DNA from: Gnetum montanum
Taxonomy: Eukaryota; Plantae; Gnetophyta
DNA: 64,000 nucleotides
Direction: 5' to 3'
Assembly (NCBI GenBank): GCA_015680685.1
Contig: MNCI01002312.1
Location: 226,655 to 290,654, forward strand
Shown: positions 14,176 to 26,967 of the stretch, piece after piece
How positions within the stretch are numbered: position 1 is the first letter of the stretch
Layout of the letters: each line of letters starts with the position of its first letter
Program-made: the position numbers and the translations under genes
The notes under the pieces: generated by a model
Databases searched by the model: none
The model's input: only the letters and a program-made list of their open reading frames with translations
What the model was told of the DNA's origin: nothing

Positions 14176-15342
14176 TTTCATAATTTTTCAACACTTGCCA
14201 TTGGTATGGCCTTTAGACAACTTGCAACATCATTATCCTCGACACTTTCACTAGCTTCCTAAGCACTTGCAACTGGCTCAGCCTTTTGAGCATTTGTAGC
14301 ATCTTTGTATCTAGCATTTGATTTTCATTTCATCTTTTGTGGTCTACTTGTCTTCTTAGAGTTTTGTTTGCAAAATGAAGCCTTAGAGGTGATCAAGCAA
14401 ATAAGTATCTCATCATAGAAGCAAGTCATCATATCGTTCCAATGTGCATGATTGAACTAGTTAAGCCACTCAAGAGTGCACATCCTCCTCATCCCATTAT
14501 AGCCTACACACATCCACTCCTTCATACTAATAGCCTCTCATCCCTGCATACTCATAATTACACATCCCTCAAATGCATATGCACTATGATGCATATGACA
14601 TTCTCTTCATGTCAACTATAGAACCTAAGGTAGACGTAACATAATTTGTCCTATGGAAAGCCTCTGTTGGCTGGTCAAAACCCAAGTAGATGTAACACAA
14701 CTCATCCTGGGGAGGAAATACCTATGCTACAGAAATGACGTGGTTGCATCAAAGAAAAGCCCATCTTGTGGTACATAGTCCACTCGATGGCCAACACCTT
14801 GTAAATAACATTTTGGAATGTGCGGAACCTGATGGAGGTTCATCCTATAGTAAAGAAAATAAGCAAAAGAAAAAAGAAAAAAAAAAGCAAAGAAAAGAAA
14901 AAGAGAATAGAAAAAGGAAAAGGGGAAAAAGCACTTCCCCAAGCAAATAGAAAACACTACAATTTCACAATTGATCCAACCCTAAATCCACATTGACCTT
15001 CTCATAAGCACTCTAATGAGAGGTCATAATTTTAGGGGTAAGCCATTCTAGTATCATGGAATTTGAGTCTCTCATAAGCATTCTGACAAGAGATTATCAT
15101 TTTGGAAACAAGCCACCCTGGTACCACATCTTATAGTATCACATTGTTTGCATTTCACTCTCTTATTATCTCCTAGCACATTCCTTACATCCTTTATACC
15201 CAACATACCATTACCCTTAACACTTTTGAGCATGGTGAAATGATATTTAGTTGAGTACTGACAAGTGATGTTGGTGCCAAGCCTATTATGGTGTTTTTCA
15301 TTCTTTGTTAACATCTCTTGGGCCACTCCTTCATATGTCAAC

Positions 15343-15351
15343 AAAGAGGGG
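15343..15351 (+). promoter_or_regulatory. Polypurine tract of element B
   Basis: AAAGAGGGG, 4 nt before the LTR start TGAAACACC. Confidence 0.8.
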
Positions 15352-15355
15352 CCAG

Positions 15356-15941
15356 TGAAACACCACCAAATTTGGGCTTCTAGGTCTTAACTACAAATTT
15401 GGCTAAGTCTTAAAACTGATAAATTTTTTCTAAGTGTTAAAAATATGCTCTCCACTAATTAAACTATGATCTAGAGCATAGTTAGCATAGTCTACATAAA
15501 TAGCCTAGATTTCCAAATTTTTCTAAGTGTTAGTAGAAACTACAAAATTTTTCTAAGTATTTTAACTACATTGTCCCTACTAGGACTACATTCTAGAGTG
15601 TATTCAACATAGTTAGCAGTAAAATGGCCAATGTTGCATGTTTTCCTTAGTGTTAAGCTAGAGGCTACTAAGCATGGTTTGGATGGAAGAAATAGTTTGG
15701 TAAAATTTCTCACTTCTAGCACTATGCTTCCTACTATGCTTCAAAGTGTAGCTAGCATAGTTAGCACTAAGGAAATCAATTTTACAAGTTTTTTCTAAGT
15801 GTTTGGGCTATGCTCTCCCTACCATGGCTATGCTCTCCTTTCCAAGAGTATTCTCTAAATTGTAGCTAGCATAGTCAACATTGAACCTCATTTTTTTCAA
15901 GATTTGTCTAACTACTGTACTACAATTTAGAGCATAGTTAG
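15356..15941 (+). repeat. 3' LTR of element B, left part (split by element A)
   Basis: Starts TGAAAC after the PPT. Homologous to 2461-3020. Confidence 0.85.
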
Positions 15942-17526
15942 TAAAACATCCCAAAAAATTCAAAGTCATTCTCGCTTTACTAGGCCTTACAATTCATGCA
16001 GCACTATGATAGTTCTTGAGGAGGAGAATGCTCTGAATTTAGGCTGGTTAGTTCAGAAAATTTTCTACATTAGGTGTAAACAGGCTCTACGGATCATCCT
16101 GCCTATTAACCTAAGTAGTTTTCCTAGCCAATAGCCTACTCAGAAATGGTGCGTGGAGTTGACAATAGTGCTCAAGATGCATGAAATAGTTCAACAAGTT
16201 TTCTAAGTCATGAAGTCTGCTATGCCACGTCATGCCCTGCTATGTAGTGTAGCAGGCTTCAGAAAACAATTGCAAGATGAAGTGCCACGCTACGCTACGC
16301 TATGCAGTGTAGCATAGCATGGCCACAACTATACAACCAAATCCATCGCCCAACTTCAAGTGATTCAACAATGTTCCTTTCCATCAGGAAGTGGTGGACC
16401 ATGTCTGTTGCTATGCTACATTGAGCTACATGATGCAGCGAGGCATAGCAATCCTGAGGAAGAGACAGAAGGAAGCTCAAAGGGCAGAATCAGCAAGTTC
16501 GCAAGTCTCACAACATAGGAAGCAAATTTTTCACATTGGCAAAGTTTTCACAACTAAGTCCAGTCACTACGCTATGCTACGCTACGTAGCATAGCAAGCA
16601 TGCAACACACATGTAGCAGAATGCACGACAAGATGCTACGCTACGTCAAGCATGTTGTGCCACAAAGCACAGCAAAGCATGCAGGTAGTTATGCAACATC
16701 AATATACTTTCCCTAATTGGACCATTGGCACATGTCTCCAGACGCTGACAATGCAATTATGGCATGGAAGGCTCACAGTTACAGCATAGCAGACTCGCAT
16801 TACAATGGTCATGCAGGTCCAATGGTCATACATGGCACGTGTGACACCAGTAAGTCAACATGGGCCCAGGGCACATGGCATCCAAACATCCCCTTTCATA
16901 TGCCCTTTAGCCCTATAAATGCCCCAATGAGCAATGCTCAAAGGGTTGGACTATCCCTTGATGTTCTAAGATAAGCATTGTAACATTGAGCATTGAGCAC
17001 TGTAAGCTTTCTATTTGACATTGCAAATAGTTAGCATTTTTAACTAGCATTTTGTTCTATCTCCCTTTCTACAACCTTGGTAGAAGTTTCACATTGTCAA
17101 CTTCCAAGTCCATGCCCAAGCACATAGCAGCTTTGCTCTACATGTCCTGGTTACTCTTAGGATCTCTACGCTCCCCAACATTGTGCAACTGACTATACCC
17201 ATCTCAACAGAGCAAGCTTGTAGCTTCAGAGTGGTGCACTTTTGTAACTACATTTTACTTTATTTCCTAGTTATTGTTGTGCTTCACATTACTTTCTGCT
17301 TCATTTACTTTTAAATATTACTTTGTGCTTTCATTCCCATTTTTAAATAATATGTTGCAAAAGGCTATATAGATGTCAATTAAGTCCCTGTCTAATCGAC
17401 CAGACTATTCAGGGTGCCCTGTATCTGCTCACACCCAGCATGGCCCTCCCATGAGTACTAGGTCAAGATTGTTGCACCCGTCAACCCCTCGGCATTTTCT
17501 AGCTGCTGATGTTTTTGGTCGATATA
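15942..17526 (+). repeat. 5' LTR of element A
   Basis: TAAAACATCCCAAAAAATTCAAAGTC...TTTTTGGTCGATATA, collinear with 32309-33903. TATAAAT at 16914. Confidence 0.92.
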
Positions 17527-17532
17527 GTTTTC

Positions 17533-17549
17533 TGGTGCTAGAAGAAGGG
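17533..17549 (+). promoter_or_regulatory. Primer binding site of element A (tRNA-Asn)
   Basis: TGGTGCTAGAAGAAGGG, 6 nt after the LTR end, as in element B. Confidence 0.8.
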
Positions 17550-17654
17550 CCTTTTGGTGCCTTTTCTGTGTGTCATAGTAGTTTTGTGAGCCTTCTGCAC
17601 CCTGATATGCATAAGCATAAATATGACATCCTCTTGCGGTTGTTTTTGCTTTGT

Positions 17655-18170
17655 GCAGTGTAGATTAGTCATCTCAATGGTTCCCCGGGAGCCCTATAGA
17701 ACACAAGACCTCTGATCGCCTGTTGACTAGCCTATCTTATGGTAGTCTTACATGTGTTCTGTACCTCATCGCATGTGGTATAGACCAATTGCCTCGACGG
17801 TTCCTATGAAACCCTGCAAGACATAAAGCCTTCTTGATTGCCAGTTAGCTTGCCCATCCTACGGTAGTCTTGCACGTGCTCTATACCCTATCGTGCACTA
17901 GCGTAAATGTGACACCATTTTGTAGTTGTTTACGCTTTGTGTGGTACAGGTCGGTCACTTCGACAATTCCTCCAGAACCCTATGAGACATAAAGTCTTCT
18001 TAATTTCCAGTTAACTAAACTTATTTTACAGTAGTCTTGCTTGCGCTCTGTACCCTATCATGCACTAGCGTAAACATGACACCCTTTCGCAGTTGTTTAC
18101 ACTTTGTGTAGTGCAGATGGGTCGCCTCGATGGTTCCTTGGGAATTCGGCAAGATGTGAAGCCTTTCTTT
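17655..18170 (+). repeat. Degenerate tandem repeat (~120-170 bp unit, ~3.5 copies) in the 5' UTR of A
   Basis: Recurring CCTCGAYGGTTCC...GACATAAAG...GTAGTCTTRCACGTG.TCTRTACCCTATCG blocks near 17660, 17780, 17945 and 18115. Confidence 0.7.
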
Positions 18171-18231
18171 TGCTGTTTTCCAGTTTCCTTGTGCTTTTTG
18201 CATTCTCTTTTGCATAACTACTTGCTTAACA

Positions 18232-21200
18232 ATGGCTCTTTCGAACACTACTGCTAATACCTTCAATGTTGAAGTTCCCATCACGGTTCAAGGCACTACT
18301 AGTGCCGAACAACACTGCACCAGACGTTGGAGACACGTCAATCTCTCAGAATCCAAAACCAAGAACCTAAGGGATTGGCCCAGCAACATGAGTGTTACAG
18401 CTTCCTCTACATGAAGGTGCAAGAAAATCTACCCTTAGACATACATGAACTCAAGGATAAACGTAGCTTCGAGTTCACTTACTACAATGGGAAGGAATTT
18501 GTTCCTACTCCCGGCATTTCTTTACCTTTGACACAGATAGACCAAAGGCTTATAGATTAACTAATCTAGTTGGCTATTCTTAGGGAGAAATAGGACACAA
18601 TGTCCAACCAAGATGAAGCCTTTCAAGATGGACAGGAGGAACTTGATTCCCAATCAGATGAGGGAGGTCCAACCAGCCCTGTTCCTATCCCTCCTACCCA
18701 GTCTTTCTGGGCTAAGCCATTGTCTATCACTACTCCCTTTGTGATTATGACTACATTTACACAACCCATGATTATGACTGCTATGGTTAGCCATGCTAAT
18801 CCCATGGTTTTTCAACACCCTCTCTCTCCTATTTTGCCTATTTTTTTGTAGCTACTATTCCTTTGCAAATTATTCAGCTATCTATTCCTGTAGCATACCA
18901 TATGCCAATCATGGCTACCCTACCACATGTTCATACAATGCCTAATTCACAATCATATGCGACTTCTTTTTCTATTCCTACATTCATGCCTATTCCACCC
19001 ATGGTGGTGGGCCCTATTTTCCTCTTTTCCTACCCCGCAACCATTGAAGATGTCTCACTACATCCATTCTCATGCATACCAAGCCTTGCAAATGGTACAA
19101 CCCAAAATGNCCCCCCCCCCCCCCAACTATTTACAACATTGTAGGGTTTGGACCAAGCATTCCAGCTCATCCAGACCCTCACAGAGGAAATAAAATGCCT
19201 CAAAGTTATTGGGTCTGACACAGTACAAGTCATGGACTTCTACCAAGATGACCCCATCAGCCTTGTAATTCTTGCTTTAACACTACCCCTAGGGATGTCT
19301 CTCCCACAATTCATGAAGTATGATGGAGAGGGAGATTCCAATGCACATCTTGTCACCTTTAGGTTTGAGTCTTTGCTATTACAACAATGGATGCACACAA
19401 TTATTTGCATCTTCACCATGTCCCTAGCTGGGAAAGCCTTGGATTGGTACCGCGTGTTGCCACGCTTATCCATTTCAACTATGGAAGAGCTGCTGATCTA
19501 ATTCATGATGCGCTTCAGGTACAAATTGAAGCCAAAAACCATGCTGGATTAGTTGATGAGTGTGAAGAAAGAAACTCTAGAGCCAATTCAGAAGTTCATT
19601 CAACGTTGGAGCGCAACCCTTAACAAAATCCGCGAACCCATCGTGGAGGCCCACCTGCTGGCCTTCTTTAAGGGTGTAGTGAACGACTTCATCATGTCTA
19701 AACTATACTACCTCACTCCTCACTCCCTTAGTCAGGATTTCGCTTAGACTAAGACAATATAAGATGCAGCTGAGGTAAGTAAAGACCCAGCCTACATCAC
19801 TTACAAAAATTCCTTCACAAAGAGGGACAAAGGCAAAGCCCTAACAACCATAGTGGTCATTGTGGCAACTGAGGTTAAGCCCAAACCTAGCAACAACGAT
19901 AGCAAGAACAAAAATAAACTGGCCATACTAGCGTCCAACCTCATGCCCAGACAAGGCCATGTGTCGCAACTTGCTATGCCTACAACTGAGACATTTGTAC
20001 AAACCAAACCCAACTTTGAGCGCAAAGACCACTCAAAGTACACCACATTTCCTCTCAAGCCTTTAGAGCTTCTGAAGCAACTGCTGGCAGTAGGATACAT
20101 CCAACATAAGCAGATGTCAGAAGAAGCAATCAAAAGGCAACAACATTATTGCAAACTCCTTAGAAGCCCCTCTTTGGCCCTGCCCAATGAGCCTCCAGTT
20201 CCTAGGGGTTTTAGGCTAGACAGGTTTTGTGACTACCACCAATAATGTGGTCATGACACGGATTACTGTTTGGCATTACAAGATGACATCCAAAGATTAA
20301 TTGACCAAGGGAAACTAGTGCTAGACGAAAGAAACCTAGTACATCCTAAAATCCAATCTATGCATGTCTACACAGATCCCCTCAATGCCAACAATTACGG
20401 TTATGTAATCAATGCCATCAGCATTAACAATGATCCAAGGTCACCCCAGTAGCCATTCATGGTCCATGTGCCTCAGCGTAGTGCACCAGCACCACAAGTG
20501 GCTAATCAAAGCTCGCAATAGCTTTTCATCCTAAAAGTTCCACCACGGGCATCCACCTTTGCACCACCTATCAACGAGGCCACATGGCCCCACCCAGTGA
20601 CACCTCTAGCTCCATTTGTCATTAGTGGGCCGATGCCCTCGACGGCCCCTATCTCACGTGAAATAGTTGAATAGCCTTCTTGCCCTACAAGGCGAGAATT
20701 CCACTTCACGGGTGAGCCATCAAGGGGAAATACCGTCAAAAGTACCCCCAAGCCTACTCCTTCACCCTTTGCATTGATGCCTTCACCACCAAAGAAAAAT
20801 GTCAACATGACCATGTAGCTTGCATCACTCTGCCAACAAGGATCTAAACCCAGATCCGAAGTCACCCCTCCTTGAGAAATTCGTCTTCTGGGATAAATAG
20901 AAGAGGAGGAAAGTGTCAAAAAAGGGGACGGCTAAGATCTCTTAGATGCCCTCACGCAGGTCAAACAAGCTCTAAAACAAAAAAAACACTACATTGAGTT
21001 TGTACAACCTAATCATGACATCCATCCTGCATTGCGAGGCTCTGATTTGCATGTTGACAATGATTCCGGTCAATGAAGACATTCTAGCAGAAGAAGAAGC
21101 AATCCACTCAGTCATGCTTCCTCCAGTACCTACAAGGTCAGAACAACCTCAACTAACCTTTTGCAGTGATGCCATTAGTGAAGATCCCAAAGGAGGTCAA

Positions 21201-21854
21201 GTGACTATGACACCCCTTTTCATCACAATTCGGGTGAGCCAACACCAGATCCGAATGGTACATGTTGATGATGGGGCTGCCATGAATGCCATCCCCTTTT
21301 CCATTGTAGAAAAGTTGGGCTTGGTCGACCAGATTAAACCCACAATGATGTCATGCCTAAGGTCATTCAATGGGACGCGAGTCATGGTAAAGAGCATAGT
21401 TCACATAAACTTCGTAGTAGGGGACCAATTCCCCACAAATGCAATGTTCATTGTAGTCAAGGAAATGCCCAGGTTCAACCTGATCTTGGGGAGATCATGG
21501 TTAGCACAACTTAGGGTTGTCTCCTCACCCATACACCAGGAACTCTACCTGCCTTACACAGGTAGAGAGGTGGTGATCCATGATGAAGAAGTAGCAATGC
21601 AAGCGATCCACAACGTAGGTGTGGAAAAAGGCTCAGAGGTCATAACTTCTAAGAATGAAGCACCTATTGTAACTTACACTGACTACTCGATAGAGGGGTC
21701 ATCTCAGCAAGTTGATCGCCAAGGTGAAAACACGTGGACTGAGTTACCCTTCCAAGTGGGAGGTAACAGTGTAGACAAAGGCCCTGGCAGAGTGCCTAAG
21801 CCTTACGTCTCACCCAATCCGCATCAAGTTAAGAAGCAGCTTCGCCTAACATAG
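18232..21854 (+). pseudogene. gag: Decayed gag-protease of element A
   Basis: Retrotrans_gag-type core PQFMKYDGEGDSNAHLVTF...ALDWY, zinc knuckle FCDYHQ*CGHDTDYC at ~20226, and aspartic protease VHVDDGAAMNAIP...FNLILGRSWL in ORF 20994-21854. Confidence 0.92.
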
Positions 21855-21899
21855 CAACTCCATTGCTTCTTGCCCACACACTACTCATGCTTCTACGCT

Positions 21900-22080
21900 A
21901 TGGCACGAAATGGCCTAAAACTAGCGATGTGCTTGAAATGGCCTAAAACTAGCAATGCTACGCGATGGCCCAAAATGGCCTAAAACTAGCATAAGTTACC
22001 AGTAAGCCCTTGTTCAAGTGGTTGACGCATCATTTCTTCGGCATGTTACACAATGGCATGAAATGGCCTAAAACTAGCAC
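21900..22080 (+). repeat. Motif array 1 of element A (4 copies)
   Basis: Four AAATGGCCTAAAACTAGC units, e.g. GGCC-CAAAAT-GGCC-TAAAAC-TAGCA. Confidence 0.85.
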
Positions 22081-22245
22081 ATGAAAGCATGAACACTTTA
22101 TACAAAAAGCATGTATGTAATACACAAGTTAGCGCAAAATCCTCTTACTTTTTCAAAACTGTTATCTTTCAATGTTTGCAAAATTCATTATACAAGATTG
22201 CAAAAAATCTAAAATTTCTAATTTTCAAAAAAAAAATCCATGCGA

Positions 22246-25200
22246 TTATGGGTTGTTTGCATCGTTTTTTCTTTGTGCTCCTACATCATTACCTTTGCTT
22301 GCTTTGTCCCTTGCTAACTCTTCATTTCCTCCCTCCATGGGCACTGCACCCTCACCTGGGGCCTGCATCGTAGGGGTGAGGTGGTCAGCTAGGGTAAAAA
22401 ACACAAACTACAACAGAGCATGAACATAAAATTAATGAGATAGAAAATGACTAACCTGAGAAGGGCCCACATCTATCTTGAAGGGTATCTAATCTAAACC
22501 AAGCCCGAGGTGACACCAGACCTCCTTTTCTGTGATATCTAGCCAACATCCTTTTCTTGGTGCAACATCTACTACATCAGCTCTCTCCCTTTCTATGAGT
22601 GTTCATCTTGGTGTCCCCGGAGAAAAGGACATGGTCACGGTCTTCCCTGCGGGAAGGCCACCTTCTAGCTAGGAGATTTTGTAACCTTGACCTGCTCTTT
22701 GAATCTAGTATAGACTTCAAAAGTGTTAATGGTATTTACAAATTCTTCATACGTAAATGCCTTCATAGCAGTGTCTTCGTATAACTTACGATGGGTGGAA
22801 TTTTCCTATTTATACATATATTTATGGTTTCTTTGCCTCTGCCCCCATTCATAAATCTTGGCACTGATGTCTCTTAGATCTTGATAATTCTGATCCAGTA
22901 GATCCATATGCATCTACTACTCTATTAGTTTGTGAGTAGTCTTGACATTCTGATGCACAACTATCCAAAATCAAGCGTGGTCTTCCATAGCTGGGCGCCA
23001 GTCCTCGTTGTTAGTGTCACGGGCCATGAGTAACTCGTTCCTCAACTTGAGATCCTCCACCTCAGTCCTCAAGTTAGCCTCCCTATACTTTGCCTTCTGA
23101 GATTATTTCCATAGCTCCTTGTTGGTATGCTTGCACTCCCACAGAGAGCATGTTGAGTGCAAAGCACATTTGTAGACCTTGTCGTATGCACGACGAGACA
23201 CCTCGGTTACTTCTGGTGGGAATGTGGACATAACACTAACTTTCAAAGATCATGTTGGGTCCCACTTGAGTCGAGAAGCTACCATGACACAAAGAACACA
23301 CCAATTGCATTAGCATAGAACAAGTTGAAAATGCAAGAAATTTTAGCATAACAACATGAGAGTAGATGACACTGCTACTTACCCGCTTCAAGGTCCACCT
23401 ACTAAAGGCAATTAATCATGTCATTAACAATCCCCTGCATAAACACAAATTTGTCAGGGATTTTATCCCAAGACCCTGTGTGAATCGGAGGGGGTCCCGC
23501 GACATCGTCAATAGCACCTGTTGTGTAACCAAACATGTTAGCAATGACCAAAATGGACTATGATAAGGTAGACATATTACCAAACTCACCAGCGTCCGGT
23601 TGCAGTCTCGCTTCCAGCTAATGCAAGATGATGGTAGAAGCCTAGCTAGAAGTTCCTCCCAGGTCCCTATGAACCTCTTCTTCATGTGCTGGTGCCTTTT
23701 CTTTCAAGAAACCAGAACCTTTTTAATTCAAGGGAGGCTCCTCCTCACCAGTAGGAGAGTTCTCCCTAATAATGAGAGCCCCTACCTTAATGGTAGGAGC
23801 TCTCCACCTTTCGACTAGGACCCTTCTCTCTGAGACTGGGGCCCCCGCATCTTCATTTGTCATCCCTATCCTAAGGGCTAACACCTCTTCGTCACCTTCT
23901 TCTACTTCCTCTTTTTCTTCTGATGATCAAAAAACATGTTTGCATTAGCTCAAAGCAATTTATCCTAAGGCAGATGCTACACTACGCTACGCCATCTAGC
24001 ATAGCATAGCGTAGTTGACTACAAAAAACTAAGCATTTAAGGGAAGTACTTACCAATAGGGGGTTTCATCCTATATAGTTTAAGCTACAGTCGTTGCCCC
24101 TCCCCTTCCCCCATGCGAAGGGTTTCCCTAATTGGAGGAGGCCTCTTTCGCTACAACTTGCTAGCCATAGTCTCAGCCATGAGACGTTCACCCTGCGATG
24201 CGCTACCGTCTATGATGAGGGGCCTCTCGCCCATGCTGTCCTAGCTGTGAACATTGTGGGCTACTCGATCCATCATCATTACAGAAAAAAAATCCTTGAT
24301 TATTTCTGGGGGATCCTAGGCTTGGATGGTTCAAAAAATCTGGTGAATCCAAGGTCTGGAAATCTGGTCACAATTTCGTACAACCCAACCTCCTTTCTCC
24401 TGAACCACCAAGAACTCCATGAAGCACTTAATATAGCCTATGTCGAAGGCATAATGGATGTTGGAACGGGACTCTGTTTTCTTACGGTGTCCCAAGATTT
24501 CAGCCCACAAGCCTTTACATAGGGACTCGACCCAGTTGTAACGAGTCCCTTCCTCCATAACCACATGCATTATCCAAGCCTACTCGAGCCCTCGGACCTT
24601 TCCCTAGGTGAGTAGTTGGGGGAATGAGTGAGCGTGGAAAGCAGGGTAAATCTCCTTGGTAGGTCCTTTTTTGAGCTTATCCATAGGAAGCCCCTTGCAC
24701 TCCTTGGTGAGCCCCAACCACTCTTGAATGTCCTTCCTCTAGAGGGTCAACTTGATCTCAGATTTCAACCCTATCGGAATGCCTTCGGTAGGGACACTAA
24801 AAAAATTCACAAACAACTGGTCATTGATGTCAATGACCACCCGCATGTCATGCACATGCAAGCGAAAGTAGCCCACCTTGTCGAAAAAGGATTCGACTAA
24901 GAAAACCATCTCGATGGTAGGAACACCCAAATTCGAGGCCAAGAATAGATCCATAAGCCCTCCTTTTCAATGTTCTAGACCAACGAATCTAAGGCTCCAT
25001 CACCATTCAACCAGCGTTGGTTCTTCGCTACTTCTCCATACTTGAAGTAGACATTCACCCGCTATGCCTCAACGGTTACCACCAACAGCCCCTGAGGTTC
25101 CTTTGGCCCTGAAACAGTTCCACAAAAAACATTTAGTGAAACATAAAAGAATTAAAAATGTGCAAAGACACTTAAGCATATGGAACTTACTGCTCGACCT

Positions 25201-26786
25201 ACTAGGTCGGTATGGCAATGGGAACTGCGGGAGGTTAACCAGAACTCGTTCAACCATGATTAATTTGAAGGGTTTCATCCACTCCCCATCCAACCAGCCC
25301 TACCCCTTGCACTGATTATAGAGGGGAGAATATACATCTGGGTAGGTGTGGTACTTGCCCCCGCATTAGACAATCACACCCACTCACAAGTTCTCAGTAG
25401 AAGAGAAATCCTGTAGGGCTAGTTGCACTATGGCCAATAGACTCGGTGTGTCATGAATCCCATCCTCGTCGATGAAGAACCTAGTAACAAACACAAACTA
25501 TTAGCATTAGACTGCTATGGCCAGCATCATACAAACACAGCAGAACAAGGCTGCAAAAAGAAAAAACTCATCTGCCAACACAATAGACAGTCCCTTGAGG
25601 GTTCTGAAAGCACGTCGTCATAAAACATGCGAGGAACAATGTGTTAAAACTGTGGTAGCAGCTATACTTAGGCATATCCTAGATCTAGGCCAAGTGCCTT
25701 AACCTTGTTGGGCGCTTACTGGATCCTTCTCCCTACCCACTCATGATTGCCCAATTGGTTAGAAACCTTAGAATGCCTCGGCTTACCCCAGGAAAAATGG
25801 GTTCTGTTATGCCGGCCTCCTCCTCCTCCTCTAGGGAGGACCAAATGATCATGCTAAAGTGGTCAAGGAGGAATTTTAGGAAGCCTTGTGCCCCTTTTCT
25901 GAACTAGACCTTGCTCTCCCATATGTATCTGGGGAGGATGAGAATTAGCCACAGGTCTGCTCAAAAGACACAGGACCCCTCTAATTTCCAAAACAATTAG
26001 CCTAGGCCTCAGTCCCTCCATGCACAACACAATTAGAAAATGTTAGCATCATATCTAAGGGAAATACATGCACAATGTAGCAACACCTAGCAATTCATGC
26101 ATATAGTGTAGCATAACCCTCTACCTGCACATAGCGTAGCAAGGGTGCGAAAGCCTAGAAAGAATATGCAAATAGTCTAGCATAGCAACAAAACAATTGA
26201 CACCATGCCCCAACAAAGCACGTGTCGCACCATTGCATCACACATGGCCTAGACCTCCTAAGGGTCCTACGTTATACCACACGAAGGTCAAGCAACTTAA
26301 ACTACCCCAACCCTCGCAGTTATGACAACCACGGTAGTGCCAGTTTCAGCAGCCTTGCATGCAACTACGACGTACTTTTTATGCATCTACCATGATCAAA
26401 ATGATGACAGTGGTGATGAAAAGGCCAAAATGATGTGACCACAAAAACACAACCAGCCAATAATGGACTCAAAAGCAATAGGACACAAAATAAAAGGCAA
26501 AGGAAACACAGTAACTTACTAGGTCAACAATGTGCTCTTCTACACTGCAACACGTTCTTGTGTCGCACACCCTAGGGTCTTCTTCACCTCCTCAACTTTT
26601 GCAAGCACCAAATAAATCTTAGGAGCCATTGTCCTCCTTGCATATTTACCCTCTTTGCTATAAAAAACTCACCTTGCTAGTCGTTGGCACAATTGCTTGG
26701 TGCTCCAAAATTGCCTTGTGCTCCGATGTGGGCTCTGCATTCTTACGATGAGAATGGAAAAATTTCCAGGGTTTAACCCCTATTTA
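22246..26786 (-). pseudogene. Antisense multi-exon extra gene of element A, located between PR and RT
   Basis: Minus-strand GT-AG introns at 22389-22455, 23279-23382, 23518-23589, 23920-24053 and 25109-25190, plus a first donor near 26519. Exon 22456-23278 reads in one frame for about 220 codons, interrupted only by stops consistent with C>T decay. Motifs GLMDLFLA, LVESFF and EEGTRYNW. Confidence 0.85.
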
Positions 26787-26787
26787 T
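26777..26787 (-). promoter_or_regulatory. Internal TATA-like promoter of the antisense gene in element A
   Basis: Minus strand CATAAATAGGGGTTAAACCCTGGAAATTTTTCCATT matches D 61269 TATAAATAGGGGATTACCCATGGTAATCTTGTCATT. Confidence 0.6.
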
Positions 26788-26967
26788 GGTTGTAATGATA
26801 AGATGGAAAAACTTGCTATTCTCTATCTCTAATTAATGTGGAGCACGTAGTACAACGTAGCATGCTTGTCATGACATCGTAGCACTATTAGCATTAAAGC
26901 CTTGACATGCTTCAAACCAACTGTTCGCTTTCCCAAAAACAAAAAAAATATATTTGTTTTCGTTACA

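Noticed and set aside
21900-22080. TTAAAC as a -1 frameshift slippery site linking PR to RT
   Set aside because: It is not a full XXXYYYZ heptamer, it lies after the stop codon, and it is 5.5 kb from RT.
22246-26786. The extra gene as a retroviral-type env
   Set aside because: It is antisense and upstream of RT, and I saw no clear signal peptide or transmembrane anchor.
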